Shown here: positions 23,055-36,789 of the stretch, piece after piece
Position numbering within the stretch: position 1 is the first letter of the stretch
Layout: the number at the start of each line of letters is the position of its first letter
NCBI GenBank assembly: GCA_964016885.1
Contig: OZ024765.1
Coordinates: forward strand, 19,344,001-19,408,000
Direction of reading: 5' to 3'
From: Eledone cirrhosa
Lineage: Eukaryota
DNA length: 64,000 bases
Notes under the pieces: generated by a model
Told to the model about the DNA's origin: nothing
Databases searched by the model: none
The model's input: the letters and a program-made list of their open reading frames with translations, nothing else
Program-made: the position numbers and the translations under genes

Positions 23055-26000
23055 TGCCACAAACACCACTACTACAGCCACCACAAATTCCAACACCACC
23101 ACCACTAACACCACCACTAACACCACCACCACTAACACCACCACTACTAACACCACCAACACCACTAACAACACCACCACCAACACCACTAACAACACCA
23201 CCACTAACACCACCACTAACACCACCACCACTAACACCACCACTACTAACACCACCAACACCACTAACAACACCACCACCAACACCACTAACAACACCAC
23301 CACTAACACCACCACTAACACCACCAACACCACTAACACCACCACCACTAACACCACCACCACTAACACCACCACTAACACCACCACTAACACCACCACC
23401 ACTAACAACACCACCACTATCACCACCAACACCACCACTAACAACACAAACACCAACACCACCACTAACACCACCAACACCACCACTAACAACACCACTA
23501 ACACCACCAACACCACCACTAACAACACAAACACCAACACCACCACTAACAACACCAACACCACCACTAACACCACCACCACTAACACCACCAACACCAC
23601 CACTAACAACACCACCACCACTAACAACACCACCACCACTAACACCAACACCACCACTAACAACACAAACACCAACACCACCACTAACACCACCACTAAC
23701 AACACCACGACCACCACTATCACCACCAACACCACCACTAACAACACCAACACCACCACTAACAACACCAACACCACCACTAACACCACTACCACCACCA
23801 ACACCACCACCAACAACACCAACACTACACTACACTACACCACCATTAACCACACCACAACCACCACACCACCACTACACCACCACACTACCACCACACC
23901 ACCACACTACACCACCACTAACCACACCACACCAGTCTATATTTAGTAAATGACATATACTAGTAACTACTACAAAGTTGATTTCTTCTACTAAACTGAC
24001 TAGCAGCTGGATTTTTACTCCAGTCAGAAACAACCACAACCACCACCATTTCTACCATCACCACCACCACTGCTACCACCATCATCATCACTGCTATCAA
24101 CACCACCATCACCACCACCATTTCTACCATCACCACCACCACTGCTACCACCATCATCATCACTGCTATCAACACCACCACCACCACCACTGCTACCACC
24201 ATCATCATCACTGCTATCAACACCACCATCACCACCACCATTTCTACCATCACCACCACCACTGCTACCACCATCATCATCACTGCTATCAACACCACCA
24301 TCACCACCACCATTTCTACCATCACCACCACCACTGCTAACACCATCATCATCACTGCTATCAACACCACCACCACCACCACTGCTACCACCATCATCAT
24401 CACTGCTATCAACACCACCATCACCACCACCATTTCTACCATCACCACCACCACTGCTACCACCATCATCATCACTGCTATCAACACCACCATCACCACC
24501 ACCATTTCTACCATCACCACCACCACTGCTACCACCATCATCATCACTGCTATCAACACCACCACCACCACCACCATTTCTACCATCACCACCACCACTG
24601 CTACCACCATCATCATCACTGCTATCAACACCACCATCACCACCACCATTTCTACCATCACCACCACCACTGCTACCACCATCATCATCACTGCTATCAA
24701 CACCACCATCACCACCACCACTGCTACCACCATCATCATCACTGCTATCAACACCACCATCACCACCACCATTTCTACCATCACCACCACCACTGCTACC
24801 ATCACCACCACCACTGCTATCAACACCACCATCACTGCTATCAACACCACCATCACCACCACCACTGCTATCAACACCACCATCACCACCACCACTGCTA
24901 CCACCATCATCATCACTGCTATCAACACCACCATCACCACCACCATTTCTACCATCACCACCACCACTGCTACCATCACCACCACCACTGCTATCAACAC
25001 CACCATCACCACCACCACTGCTATCAACACCACCATCACCATTGCTACCATCACCACAATCACCACCACCATTGCTATCAACAACACCACCACCACCATC
25101 ACCACCATTGCTACCACCACCACCATTGCTACCACCACCACCACCACTGCTATCAACACCACCACCACCACTGCTATCAACACCACCACCACCACTGCTA
25201 CCACCACTGCTATCAACACCACCACCACCACTACCACTGCTGCTACCATCACCACCACCACCATTACTACCACCACCACCACCACTGCTACCACCACCAC
25301 CACCACCACTGCTATCAACACCACCATCACCACTGCTATCAACACCACCACCACCACCACCACCACTGCTATCAACACCACCATCACCACTGCTATCAAC
25401 ACCACCACCACCATTGCTACCACCACTGCTACCACCACCACCACCACCATTGCGACCACGACCACCACCACCACCACTGCTACCACCACCACCACTGCTA
25501 TCAACACCACCATCACCATTGCTACCACCACCACCACTGCTACCATCACCACCACCACCACCACTGCTGCTACCACCACCACCACCACTGCTACCATCAC
25601 CACCATCACCACTGTTCCCACCATCACCACCACTGCTACCACCACCACCACCACCACCACTGCTACCACCACTGCTACCATTGCTACCACCACCACCACC
25701 ACCATCACCACCACCACCATCACCACCACCACCATGATCAACTCTATCAACACCAGTTTTAACGTTACATTATTGCCATCGGTGGAATGGCAGTATCGTT
25801 AGAGGGTCGGACGCCATGCTTTCTGGCATAGAGTTACGGCCCTTGCCATTCTGAGTTCAAATCACGCCAAGGTTAACTTTGCCTTTCATCCTTACGGAGG
25901 TCGATAAAATATAGTACCAGTAATGTACTGGGTAATTGCTGGCCTTGTGCCTAAAGTAGAAACAATTATTGCCGTCATCACTGTCACCAGCACCACCACC

Positions 26001-28420
26001 ACCATCCCCACCATCATCACCATCACCATCCCCACCAGCACCACCACCACCATCCCCACCATCATCACTATCATCATCACCATCATCATCATCACCATCA
26101 TCATCACCATCATCACCACCATCACCATCACCATCCCCACCATCATCACTATCATCATCATCATCACAATCATCAATGCAGCCATCATCATCACCATCAT
26201 CATCATCACTACCACCATCCCCACCATCATCATCACCACCACCACCACCACCACCACCTCCACCATCATCACTATCATCATCACTATCATCAATGCAATC
26301 ATCATTATCACCACCATCACCACCACCATCACCATCATCACCACCATCACCATCACCACCATCATCATCACTATCATCATCATCACAATCATCATTGCAG
26401 TCACCATCCCCACCACCACCACCATCACCAACACCATCATCATCACTATCATCAATGCTGTCATCATCATCATCAACATTCCTTTAATTACTATTATCAT
26501 TACTTCAGAGGCTCTTAACGTAGACCACCACCACCTCCACCACTACTACTAACGTCACCACCACCTCCACCACTACTACTAACGTCACCACCACCACCAC
26601 TACTACTAACGTCACCACCACCACTACTACTAACGTCACCACCACCACTAGTACTAACGTCACCCCTACACCACTCCCCTATCTAAAAACCTCACCTACC
26701 ATCCACCACCAACGCTAAAACGTCACTACCACCGTCAACAACGCTACAACCGTCACTACCACCGACACCAACGCTACTAACGTCAATACCACCGTCACCA
26801 ACGCTAACGTCACTACCACCGTCACCAACGCTACTAACGTCACTACAACTGACACCAACGTTCCAAACGTCACTACCACCTTTTCCAACGTTACAAACGC
26901 CACTACCACCGTCATCAACGCTACTAACGTCACCACCAACACCAAGGCCGCTACTAACGTCACCACCACCACCAACTTCCCATCACTACTAACGTCACCT
27001 CCACCACCACCACTACTACTAACGTCACCACCACCACTACTACTAACACCACCACCACTACTACTAACACCACCACCACTACTAACGTCACTACCACCAC
27101 CACTACTAACGCCACCACCAACTTCCCATCACTACTAACGTCACCTCCACCACTACTAACGTCACCTCCACCACTACTAATCACCACCACCACTACTAAC
27201 GCCACCACCACCACCACCACTACTACTAACGTCACCACCACCACCACCACTACTACTAACGTCACTACCATCACCACCACTACTACTAACACCACCACCA
27301 CTAACGTCACCACCACCACTACTAACGCCACCACCACCACCACCATCACTACTAACGTCACCTCCACCACCACCATCACTACTAACGTCACCACCACCAC
27401 CACCATCACTACTAACGTCACCACCACCACCACCATCACTACTAACGTCACCTCCACCACCATCACTACTAACGTCACCTCCACCACCACCATCACTACT
27501 AACGTCACCTCCACCACCACCATCACTACTAACGTCACCTCCACCACCACCATCACTACTAACGTCACCTCCACCACCACCATCACTACTAACGTCACCT
27601 CCACCACCACCATCACTACTAACGTCACCACCACCGCCACCACCAACTTCCCATCACTACTAACGTCACCTCCACCACCAAGGCCGTTACTAACGTCACC
27701 ACCAACTTCCCATCACTACTAACGTCACCTCCACCACCACCATCACTACTAACGTCACCACCAACTTCCCATCACTACTAACGTCACCTCCACCACCACC
27801 ATCACTACTAACGTCACCACCACCGCCACCACCAACTTCCCATCACTACTAACGTCACCTCCACCACCAAGGCCGTTACTAACGTCACCACCAACTTCCC
27901 ATCACTACTAACGTCACCTCCACCACCACCATCACTACTAACGTCACCACCACCGCCACCACCAACTTCCCATCACTACTAACGTCACCTCCACCACCAA
28001 GGCCGTTACTAACGTCACCACCAACTTCCCATCACTACTAACGTCACCTCCACCACCACCATCACTACTAACGTCACCACCACCACCAACTTCCCATCAC
28101 TACTAACGTCACCTCCACCACCAAGGCCGTTACTAACGTCACCACCAACTTCCCATCACTACTAACGTCACCTCCACCACCACCATCACTACTAACGTCA
28201 CCACCACCGCCACCACCAACTTCCCATCACTACTAACGTCACCTCCACCACCAAGGCCGTTACTAACGTCACCACCAACTTCCCATCACTAATAACGTCA
28301 CCTCCACCACCACCATCAACTACCAAACACTGCTCACGTCATTAACACGCCACTGTTACTAACGTCAACGCTAACGCTGCCAAACCTCCCACCACCACCA
28401 CCAGCATCATCATCACCACT
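23055..28420. repeat. Series of CCA/CAT/CTA trinucleotide-derived minisatellites (interrupted by a SINE at 25780-25970)
   Basis: (ACC)n with CTAACA, CTGCTATCAA and CTAACGTCA sub-units; the ORFs here are poly-V/P/T artefacts. Confidence 0.92.
25780..25970 (+). mobile_element. Full-length SINE (tRNA-like head, conserved GCCTTTCATCCTT body)
   Basis: GGTGGAATGGCAG...GAGTTCAAAT...GCCTTTCATCCTTACGGAGGTCGATAAAAT...GCCTAAAGTAGAAACAATTATT; reverse-strand copy at 63585-63780. Confidence 0.78.
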
Positions 28421-28514
28421 AGCAACATAAACAATTCCTTCACCTCCAACCATCACTGCTCACATCTGATATGTATAGAGGGAGAGAGAGAGCCAGATAT
28501 ATAAACATACAGTT

Positions 28515-28613
28515 GTGTATATATATATATATATATATGTGTGTATATATATATATATATGTGTGTATATATATATATATATGTGTGTATATATATATAT
28601 GTGTATATATATA

Positions 28614-28648
<35 letters not shown>

Positions 28649-28737
28649 GTGTATATATATATATATATATGTGTGTATATATATATATATATGTGTGTAT
28701 ATATATATATATATGTGTGTATATATATATATATATA

Positions 28738-28804
<67 letters not shown>

Positions 28805-28891
28805 GTCTATGTATATATGACTGTATATATATATATATATGTATATATGTATATATGTCTATATATATATATGACTATATATATATATGAC

Positions 28892-28922
<31 letters not shown>

Positions 28923-28923
28923 G

Positions 28924-29019
<96 letters not shown>

Positions 29020-29035
29020 CATGTGTGTGTGTGTG

Positions 29036-29125
<90 letters not shown>

Positions 29126-29130
29126 GATAG
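28515..29130. repeat. (TA)n/(TG)n microsatellite
   Basis: Direct inspection. Confidence 0.9.
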
Positions 29131-29138
29131 ATGTGTGT

Positions 29139-29837
29139 ATGTGTATTAGTAATATACGTGAACGGCAAAGCATTAACGAACTAAGGCAAAAATTAGAAAT
29201 AAGAGGGATCAGATGTTGTTTACTCGAGAGAAGGCTACGTTGGTATGGTCACGTGATGAGCATGAAAGACGACAGCTGTATAACAAAGTGCAGGGCAATA
29301 AAGATAGACGGTAGCCACGGAGTAGGCAGACCCAGAAAAACCTGGGACGACTTCATAAATTCCGACCTCACACACTTACACCTCTCCAAGACAATGTCAC
29401 TGGACCGAGATCGTTGGCGGTACTCAGTAATAGAGAAGACCCGCCTTACCTAAGTACAAAGTGAAACCTACTACAGTCAGTAGGCACCTCTAATAAAAAT
29501 ACATCCCCGTCCCACCACCCCCACCCCATCCACACCGCCCCTTTCCATGTAAAGCTATGTTGGTGCCACAACATCCAGGCCGAAACAAATGAGGTCGTGT
29601 AGGTGTCACGACAAAAAAACACACAGTCCACGCTGTAATGTGGCCGTGTAGGCAACACGGTAAAAACCTCCCAGTCCCACACTGTAAATGTGGTTGGTGT
29701 TAGGAAGGGCATCCAGCTGTAGAAAACCCGCCAGACAGTCCTATGCGAGCAAGACAACCACTCTTGCCTCAAGTGGGAAAACTCCCGTCCAAACCCATGC
29801 AAGCGTGAAATATGGACGTTAAACGATGATGATGATG

Positions 29838-29838
<1 letters not shown>
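29139..29838 (+). mobile_element. 5'-truncated RTE LINE (family A) 3' end
   Basis: [10 protein letters not shown]...GRPRKTW...EKTRLT*, ~370-nt UTR and (GAT)n tail. Confidence 0.88.
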
Positions 29839-30351
<513 letters not shown>

Positions 30352-30352
<1 letters not shown>

Positions 30353-30805
30353 TGTCACTGGACCGAGACCTTTGGCGGTACTCAGTAACAGAGAAGACCC
30401 GCCTTACCTAAATACATAGTAAAACCTACTACAGCCAGTAGGCATCTCTAACAAAATACCCCCCCCCCCGTCCAACCACCCCCACCCCATCCACGCCACC
30501 CCGTTTTATGTAAAGTTGTGTTGGTGCCACACCATCCAGGCCGAAACAAATGAGGTCGTGTAGGTGTCACGACAAAAAAACACACAGTCCACGCTGTAAT
30601 GTGGCCGTGTAGGCAACGGTAAAAACCTCCCAGTCCACACTGTAAATGTGGTTGGTGTTAGGAAGGGCATCCAGCCGTAGAAAACCCGCCAGACAGTCCT
30701 ATGCGAGCAAGACAACCACTCTTGCCTCAAGTGGGAATACCCCCGTCCAAACCCATGCAAGCGTGGAACACGGACGTTAAACGTTGATGATGATGGTGAT
30801 GATGA
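30352..30805 (+). mobile_element. RTE family A 3' end/UTR fragment
   Basis: [19 protein letters not shown] followed by the same UTR and (GAT)n tail. Confidence 0.85.
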
Positions 30806-31011
30806 TATATGGATATATATATATATATATATATATATGGATATATATATATGGATATATATATATATATATATATGGATATATATATATGTATATGGAT
30901 ATATATATATGGATATGGATATATATATGGATATATATATATATATATATCGATATGGATATATATATATCGATATGGATATATATATATCGATATGGAT
31001 ATATATATATA

Positions 31012-34000
31012 AAGACAAATTCACCTCATGGACGAGAATGCAAGGACTTCTCTTTGTTTCAGCCGCGGATGGCTAACATAACCCCATATCCCCCCCCCCA
31101 TGCGCCCCACCGCTCCCACCCTCCAAACGTAATCCAAAACTTCAGAGTTGGTACCATGAATGTAGGCACCTAACGAGATTATAGAAATGCTTGAATGTAA
31201 GGAGGTCGATGTTTGTTGTATCCAAGAGACCAGGTGGAGGGGTGGGTCTGCTAGATTCATCGTGAGTAACGAACGATGCTATAAGCTTTTCTGGGTGGGA
31301 AATGACAATGGGCTGGGTGGAGTAGGAATCATGGTAGCAGAAAAGTGGGCAGATAAGATAATAGACGTAAATAGAGTGAACGACAGAATAATTAAAATAA
31401 GACTTGTCCTCAATAGAACTACTGTGACAGTAATATCTGCGTACGCACCCCAATCCGGACTGCCCGGCACTATAAGAGACAGATTCTATGAGACACTGAT
31501 GCTCACTACCTCCCAAATAACCGACAGTGACTATATAATTATTGCTGGCGACCTAAATGGTCACGTTGGACAACATTGTGACGGCTATGACGGAATCCAT
31601 GGAGGCTATGGGTTTGGTACTAGAAATGAGGAAGGCTCCAGAATCCTGGAATTCTGTGATGCAAATAACCTAACTATCTGTAACACTAACTTCAAAAAAC
31701 GAGACAATCACTTGATCACCTATAGATCGGGGGAACACACAAGCCAGGTAGATTATATCCTTACCAGGAGACGTGACAGAGTGTCTGTTGTAAACACTAA
31801 ATCCCTCCCCCATGAAGAATGCACGTCTCAACATAGACTCATAATTAGCGACCTCATAGTCAGGACGAGACGTATTCGACAACAGAAGAGGACTATCATC
31901 AGGAGAAATATATGGAAATTAAAGGACCCCACAGCCAGTCATAAATTTAAAAGTATATTACTTGATGCTTTTGATGGTAAGGAAGAGCAATTAGAGTCGT
32001 ACAATATAGAGGAACAGTGAGAATTCCTGAAAGCAAACCTGCTGAAGGCGACAGATGAAACCTGTGGCTGGAGCAGGCCTATAGGCAGGAGGAGAGTAAC
32101 TTGGTGGTGGAACAGTAAGGTGGAGAGGTCAATCAAGGCCAAAAAGCAGGCTTGGAAAGCATGGCAGGATGGGGGAAGTAGAGAAGACTATCAAGTAGCC
32201 AGGAGGCAAGCTAGGAGACAAGTGTACTTCGCAAGAAGAGAAGCAGAGGAAAGTAAGTTCAAGCATGTTCTACAACGCGAGGACTAAAAACGTGATTGCT
32301 AGGCAATGTGCCAAGAAAAACAGTGATATTGTCGGGGAGAAGTGTGACCTAAATGATGATGGTGTACTTGCCATCACTGACGCTGATAAGAAGGTAGCTT
32401 GGAAGTGTCAATACGAAAGGCTACTAAATGAGGAAAATAATTTGGAAAAAGACAGCCTCCCCCACATCGACCCAATAGAGGGACCAGCAGTGCAAGTTGA
32501 AGGTAGTATAATAAGTAAGGCGATCAAAGACATGAAGACGGGCAAGGCGGCCGGGCCTTCGGAAATAGTTGCCGAAATGCTGAAAGCTTCTGGAATGGTG
32601 GGACACACTATGGTCACCCGGATAGTAAACCAAGTCGTACAGAATGGGGTTGTTCCGAAGGACTGGCATAGCAGCATCATCGTTAACTGTTATAAGGGTA
32701 AAGGAGACGCCCTAGATAGGAGTAACTATAGAGGCATTAAATTAATCGACCAGGTCATGAAGGTCACGGAAAAAGTAATAGCACAACTAATCAGAGAGAG
32801 AATTGACCTAGATGAAATGCAGTTCGGGTTTGTGTCAGGTAAAAGTACCACAGACGCTCTTTTCATTGTACGACAACTACAGGAAAAGTACCTAGCTAAC
32901 AGTAAACCCCTATACTTAGCTTTTGTCGACTTGGAGAAAGCCTTCGACAGAGTCCCCCATTCCATTATCTGGTGGGCTCTTAGAAAACTAGGTGTTGATG
33001 AATGGCTTGTGAGAGCTATACAAGCTATGTATAAAGAAACAGTCAGCAAGGTTAGAATTAACAGCGAATATAGTGAAGAGTTTAGCGTAAAAAGTTGGTG
33101 TTCATCAGGGCTCCGTTCTTAGCCCCCTACTATTTATTATTGCCCTTCAGGCTATAACAGTGGAGTTCAAGACCGGCTGCCCATGGGAACTCCTATACGC
33201 AGATGATCTAACGCTCATAGCTGAATCAATGGCCGAACTAGAGAAGAAATTCCAAACATGGAAGCACGGCCTAGAATCAAAAGGCCTTAAAATTAACTTG
33301 TCTAAGACTAAAGTTCTAGTTTGTAGGAAGGAAAATAGGGCGCCGGTCCCATCCAGGAAATGGCCATGCTCAGTGTGTAGGAAAGGAGTAGGTAGAAACT
33401 ACATTTTATATCCCAAGTGCAAAGTATGGGTGCATAAAAGATGTAGTGGGATCACAGGTAAGCTAACTAAGAACATAGATTTTACATGTGGCCGGTGCTC
33501 TGGTGCAATAAGTAGCAGCAAGTGCCCACAAAATACTAGCTCTTTCAATTGCACAGATGGTTCTATAGAGATAGTGGACAGCTTCCGTTACCTGGGTGAC
33601 AAAATCAGCAGTGGGGGAGGGTGCTCTGAAAGTACAGTAGTTAGAGTCAAAACTGGATAGAAAAAGTTCAGAGAGCTTATACCACTATTAGCCGCTAAAG
33701 GGTTCTCCCTAAAAATGAAAGGCAGGCTGTATGATGCCTGCATACGAACAGCAATGTTGCATGGCAGTGAGACCTGGGCATTGTGTGCAGAGAATATACG
33801 CAGACTAGAGAGGAACAAAGCTTGCATACTCCGCTGGATGTGTAATAGTAATATACGTGAACGGCAAAGCATTAACGAACTAAGGCAAAAATTAGAAATA
33901 AGAGGGATCAGATGTTGTTTACTCGAGAGAAGGCTACGTTGGTATGGTCACGTGATGCGCATGAAAGACGACAGCTGTATAAAAAAGTGCAGGGCAATAA

Positions 34001-34370
34001 AAATAGACAGTAGCCACGGAGTAGGCAGACCCAGAAAAACCTGGGACGACTTGATAAATTCCGACCTCACACACTTATACCTCTCCAAGACAATGTCACT
34101 GGACAGAGAGCTTTGGCGCTACACAGTAATAGAGAAGACCCGCCTTGCCTAAGTACAAAGTGAAACCTACTACAGTCAGTAGGCACCTCTAACAAAAATA
34201 CACCCCCGTCCCACTACCCCCACCCCATCCCCACCACCCCTTTCAATGTAAAGTTATGTTGGTACCACAACATCCAGTCCGAAACAAATGAGGTCGTGTA
34301 GGTATCACGACAAAAAAACACACAGTCCACGCTGTAATGTGGCCGTGTAGGCAACACAGTAAAAACCTCC
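31012..34370 (+). pseudogene. Near full-length defective RTE-clade LINE (APE endonuclease, RT, PHD insert)
   Basis: [42 protein letters not shown] (APE); NYRGIKL, QFGF, AFVDLEKAFDRV, LLYADD, FRYLG (RT); several stops and frameshifts. Confidence 0.93.
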
Positions 34371-34930
34371 GAAAAAACGGGTCAGTACTATACGAACATG
34401 CTAGACAACAACATGACGGTAACATAGACAACATAGAAATTAGAATAATATCTAAACATAGGAATGACCCAGCAGATAGGCAAATCAGAGAGGCCAGTGA
34501 AATAGAAATTAGAAGACCAAAGCTAAACAGAAAGAATGAGTGGAACAACAACAACACCCAAACAAACAACACTGACCTAAGAGAAGTATAAATAAGTAAA
34601 TAAATAAAATAAAATAAAATAAGATAAATAAATACATACACAAGCACAATAACAACAAGCACATAAACACACACTAGTCACCCAGCAGACACAACACTAT
34701 ACACACTAGTCACACAGCACACACAACACGGTACACACACGCAAACGCATGCGCAAAGAAGACAAAATAAAATAAACAAACAAGCAAATAAATAAATAAA
34801 TATATAGACAGACTGAATAAAAAATGGCGTAGACATACAACACAACAGGAGGAAAAAATATAACACTACTGACTATGTTGCAGATGTGCAACGAAAGATT
34901 TATGTAAATTATGTAAACTATATATATGTG
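34370..34930 (+). mobile_element. Penelope-like element remnant: GIY-YIG endonuclease C-terminus and pLTR-like tail
   Basis: SVLYEHARQQH...IRIISKH...RQIREASEI...PKLNRKNEW matches the C-terminal H/E/LN pattern of PLE GIY-YIG domains; decayed hammerhead-like motif at ~34869-34908. Confidence 0.6.
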
Positions 34931-35228
34931 TTTGTGTCTATATTGTATCTGTATTATTTTTGACCGTCGGTCAGTCAATGGCAACATTGAGGACCGATTA
35001 AGTTAGATCGCAGATATAAAAGACAGCGAGAAGCGAAAACCAACCAAACAGTGAGTGTGTTCTGTTATTAATTCTGGCAATATTACACAAATATGACCCT
35101 CCCCAAGTATAACAATATATATATATATATATAGATATATATATAGATATATATATATATAGATATATATATATATAGATATATATATAGATATATATAT
35201 ATATAGATATATATATAGATATATATAT

Positions 35229-35269
<41 letters not shown>

Positions 35270-35387
35270 TATATATATAGATATATATATATAAAGGTAG
35301 ACACAATTAATATTCGAAAAACTCATTACATTTTTTGTATTCAGCCATATAGAGCGAAAATAAATTTTTTTAATTTATATATATATA

Positions 35388-36568
35388 AGACTAAGGTCCT
35401 TGTAAGTATACAAGAAAACAGAACCTAGATCCCCTCAGGGAAATGGCCTTGCTCGGTATGTAGGAAAGGTGTAGGTAGGAACTCCATTCTCTGCCCCAAG
35501 TGCAAACAATGGGTACACAAGAGATGTAGTGGGATGATCTCAGGAAGCTTAACTAAGAAAGTAGGCTTCACATGTAGCAGCTGTGCTGAGACAGCAAGCA
35601 GCAAACAGCCACAGGAAACAAGCACCACCAAACTCTGGGAGGCCTCTGTAGAAACAGTAGACAGCTTCTGCTACCTAGGTGACCGAATTAGCAGCGGAGG
35701 TGGGTGTTCGGAAAGTACAATAACTAGGGTAAGAACGGGATGGAAGAAGTTCAGGGAGCTACTGCCACTGCTACCTGCAAAAGGCTTTCCCTTCAAAATG
35801 AAGGGCAGACTGTATGATGTGTGTATACGAACAGCAATGTTACATGGTAGTGAGACCTGGGCGCTGTCTGTAGAAGACTTGCGTAGATTAGAAAGAAACG
35901 AAGCCTGCATGCTCTGATGGATGTGTAATAGTAATATACGCGAATGGCAAAGCATAAACGAATTGAGAGAGAGACTGAGCATAAGAAGAATCAAATGCTG
36001 TGTGCAGGAGAGGCGGTTGCGTTGGTATGGACATGTGATGCGTATGAAGGATGACAGCTGCATAAAAAGGTGCAGAGCACGAGAAGTCGATGGAAGCCGC
36101 GGAGTGGGGAGACCCAAGAAGACCTGGGATGAGGTGATAAAAGCCGACCTTACCCAATTACACCTCTCAAAGGCGATGACACACGACCGTGACCTCTGGC
36201 GTCACGCAGTAATACAGAAGACCCGATCCCCCACGAGTACAAGCCGAAGCTGAAGCATATAGACAATATGCCCCCACACCCTCCCACTGCAAAGTGGTCG
36301 TGAAGGTGCCACGGCAAAAAAGCACCCAGCCCACACTGTAAAGTGGACGTATAGCCGCCACAGAAAAAAAAGCACCCAGCACTCACTGTAAAATGAAGTT
36401 GGTGTTACGAAGGGCATCCAGCTGTAGAAATCAAGCCAGAATCAGTTCCTGTATGAGCAAGACAAGGTCAGCCGACCAGACACTGCCCACAACAGGACAA
36501 CCCGTCTAACCCATGCTAGCGCATAAGGACGGACATAAAACGGTGATGATGATGATGATGATGATGAT
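35388..36568 (+). mobile_element. 5'-truncated RTE LINE (divergent family C) including the PHD finger, RT C-terminus and 3' UTR
   Basis: WPCSVCRKGVGRNSILCPKCKQWVHKRC...[29 protein letters not shown]; (GAT)n tail. Confidence 0.88.
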
Positions 36569-36579
36569 ATATATATATA

Positions 36580-36745
36580 ATTGTTTCTAATTTAGGCACA
36601 AGGCAGCAATTTTTTTAAGGGGAAAGAAAAGTCGACTAATTCGACCCCAGTACATTACTGGTACTTTATTTTATCGACCCCGTAAGGATGAAAGGCAAAG
36701 TTAACCTCGACGGGATTTGAACTCAGACTATAAAGGGGCGTAATA
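36580..36745 (-). mobile_element. SINE copy (GCCTTTCATCCTT family)
   Basis: Matches the 21020-21200 copy. Confidence 0.75.
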
Positions 36746-36789
36746 TATAGATATATATATATATAATGTGTACATATATATACACAGGA

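Noticed and set aside
22974-27646. Long poly-Val/Pro/Thr ORFs resembling extensins or mucins
   Set aside because: Trinucleotide-derived repeats open in several frames, with no splice or domain evidence.
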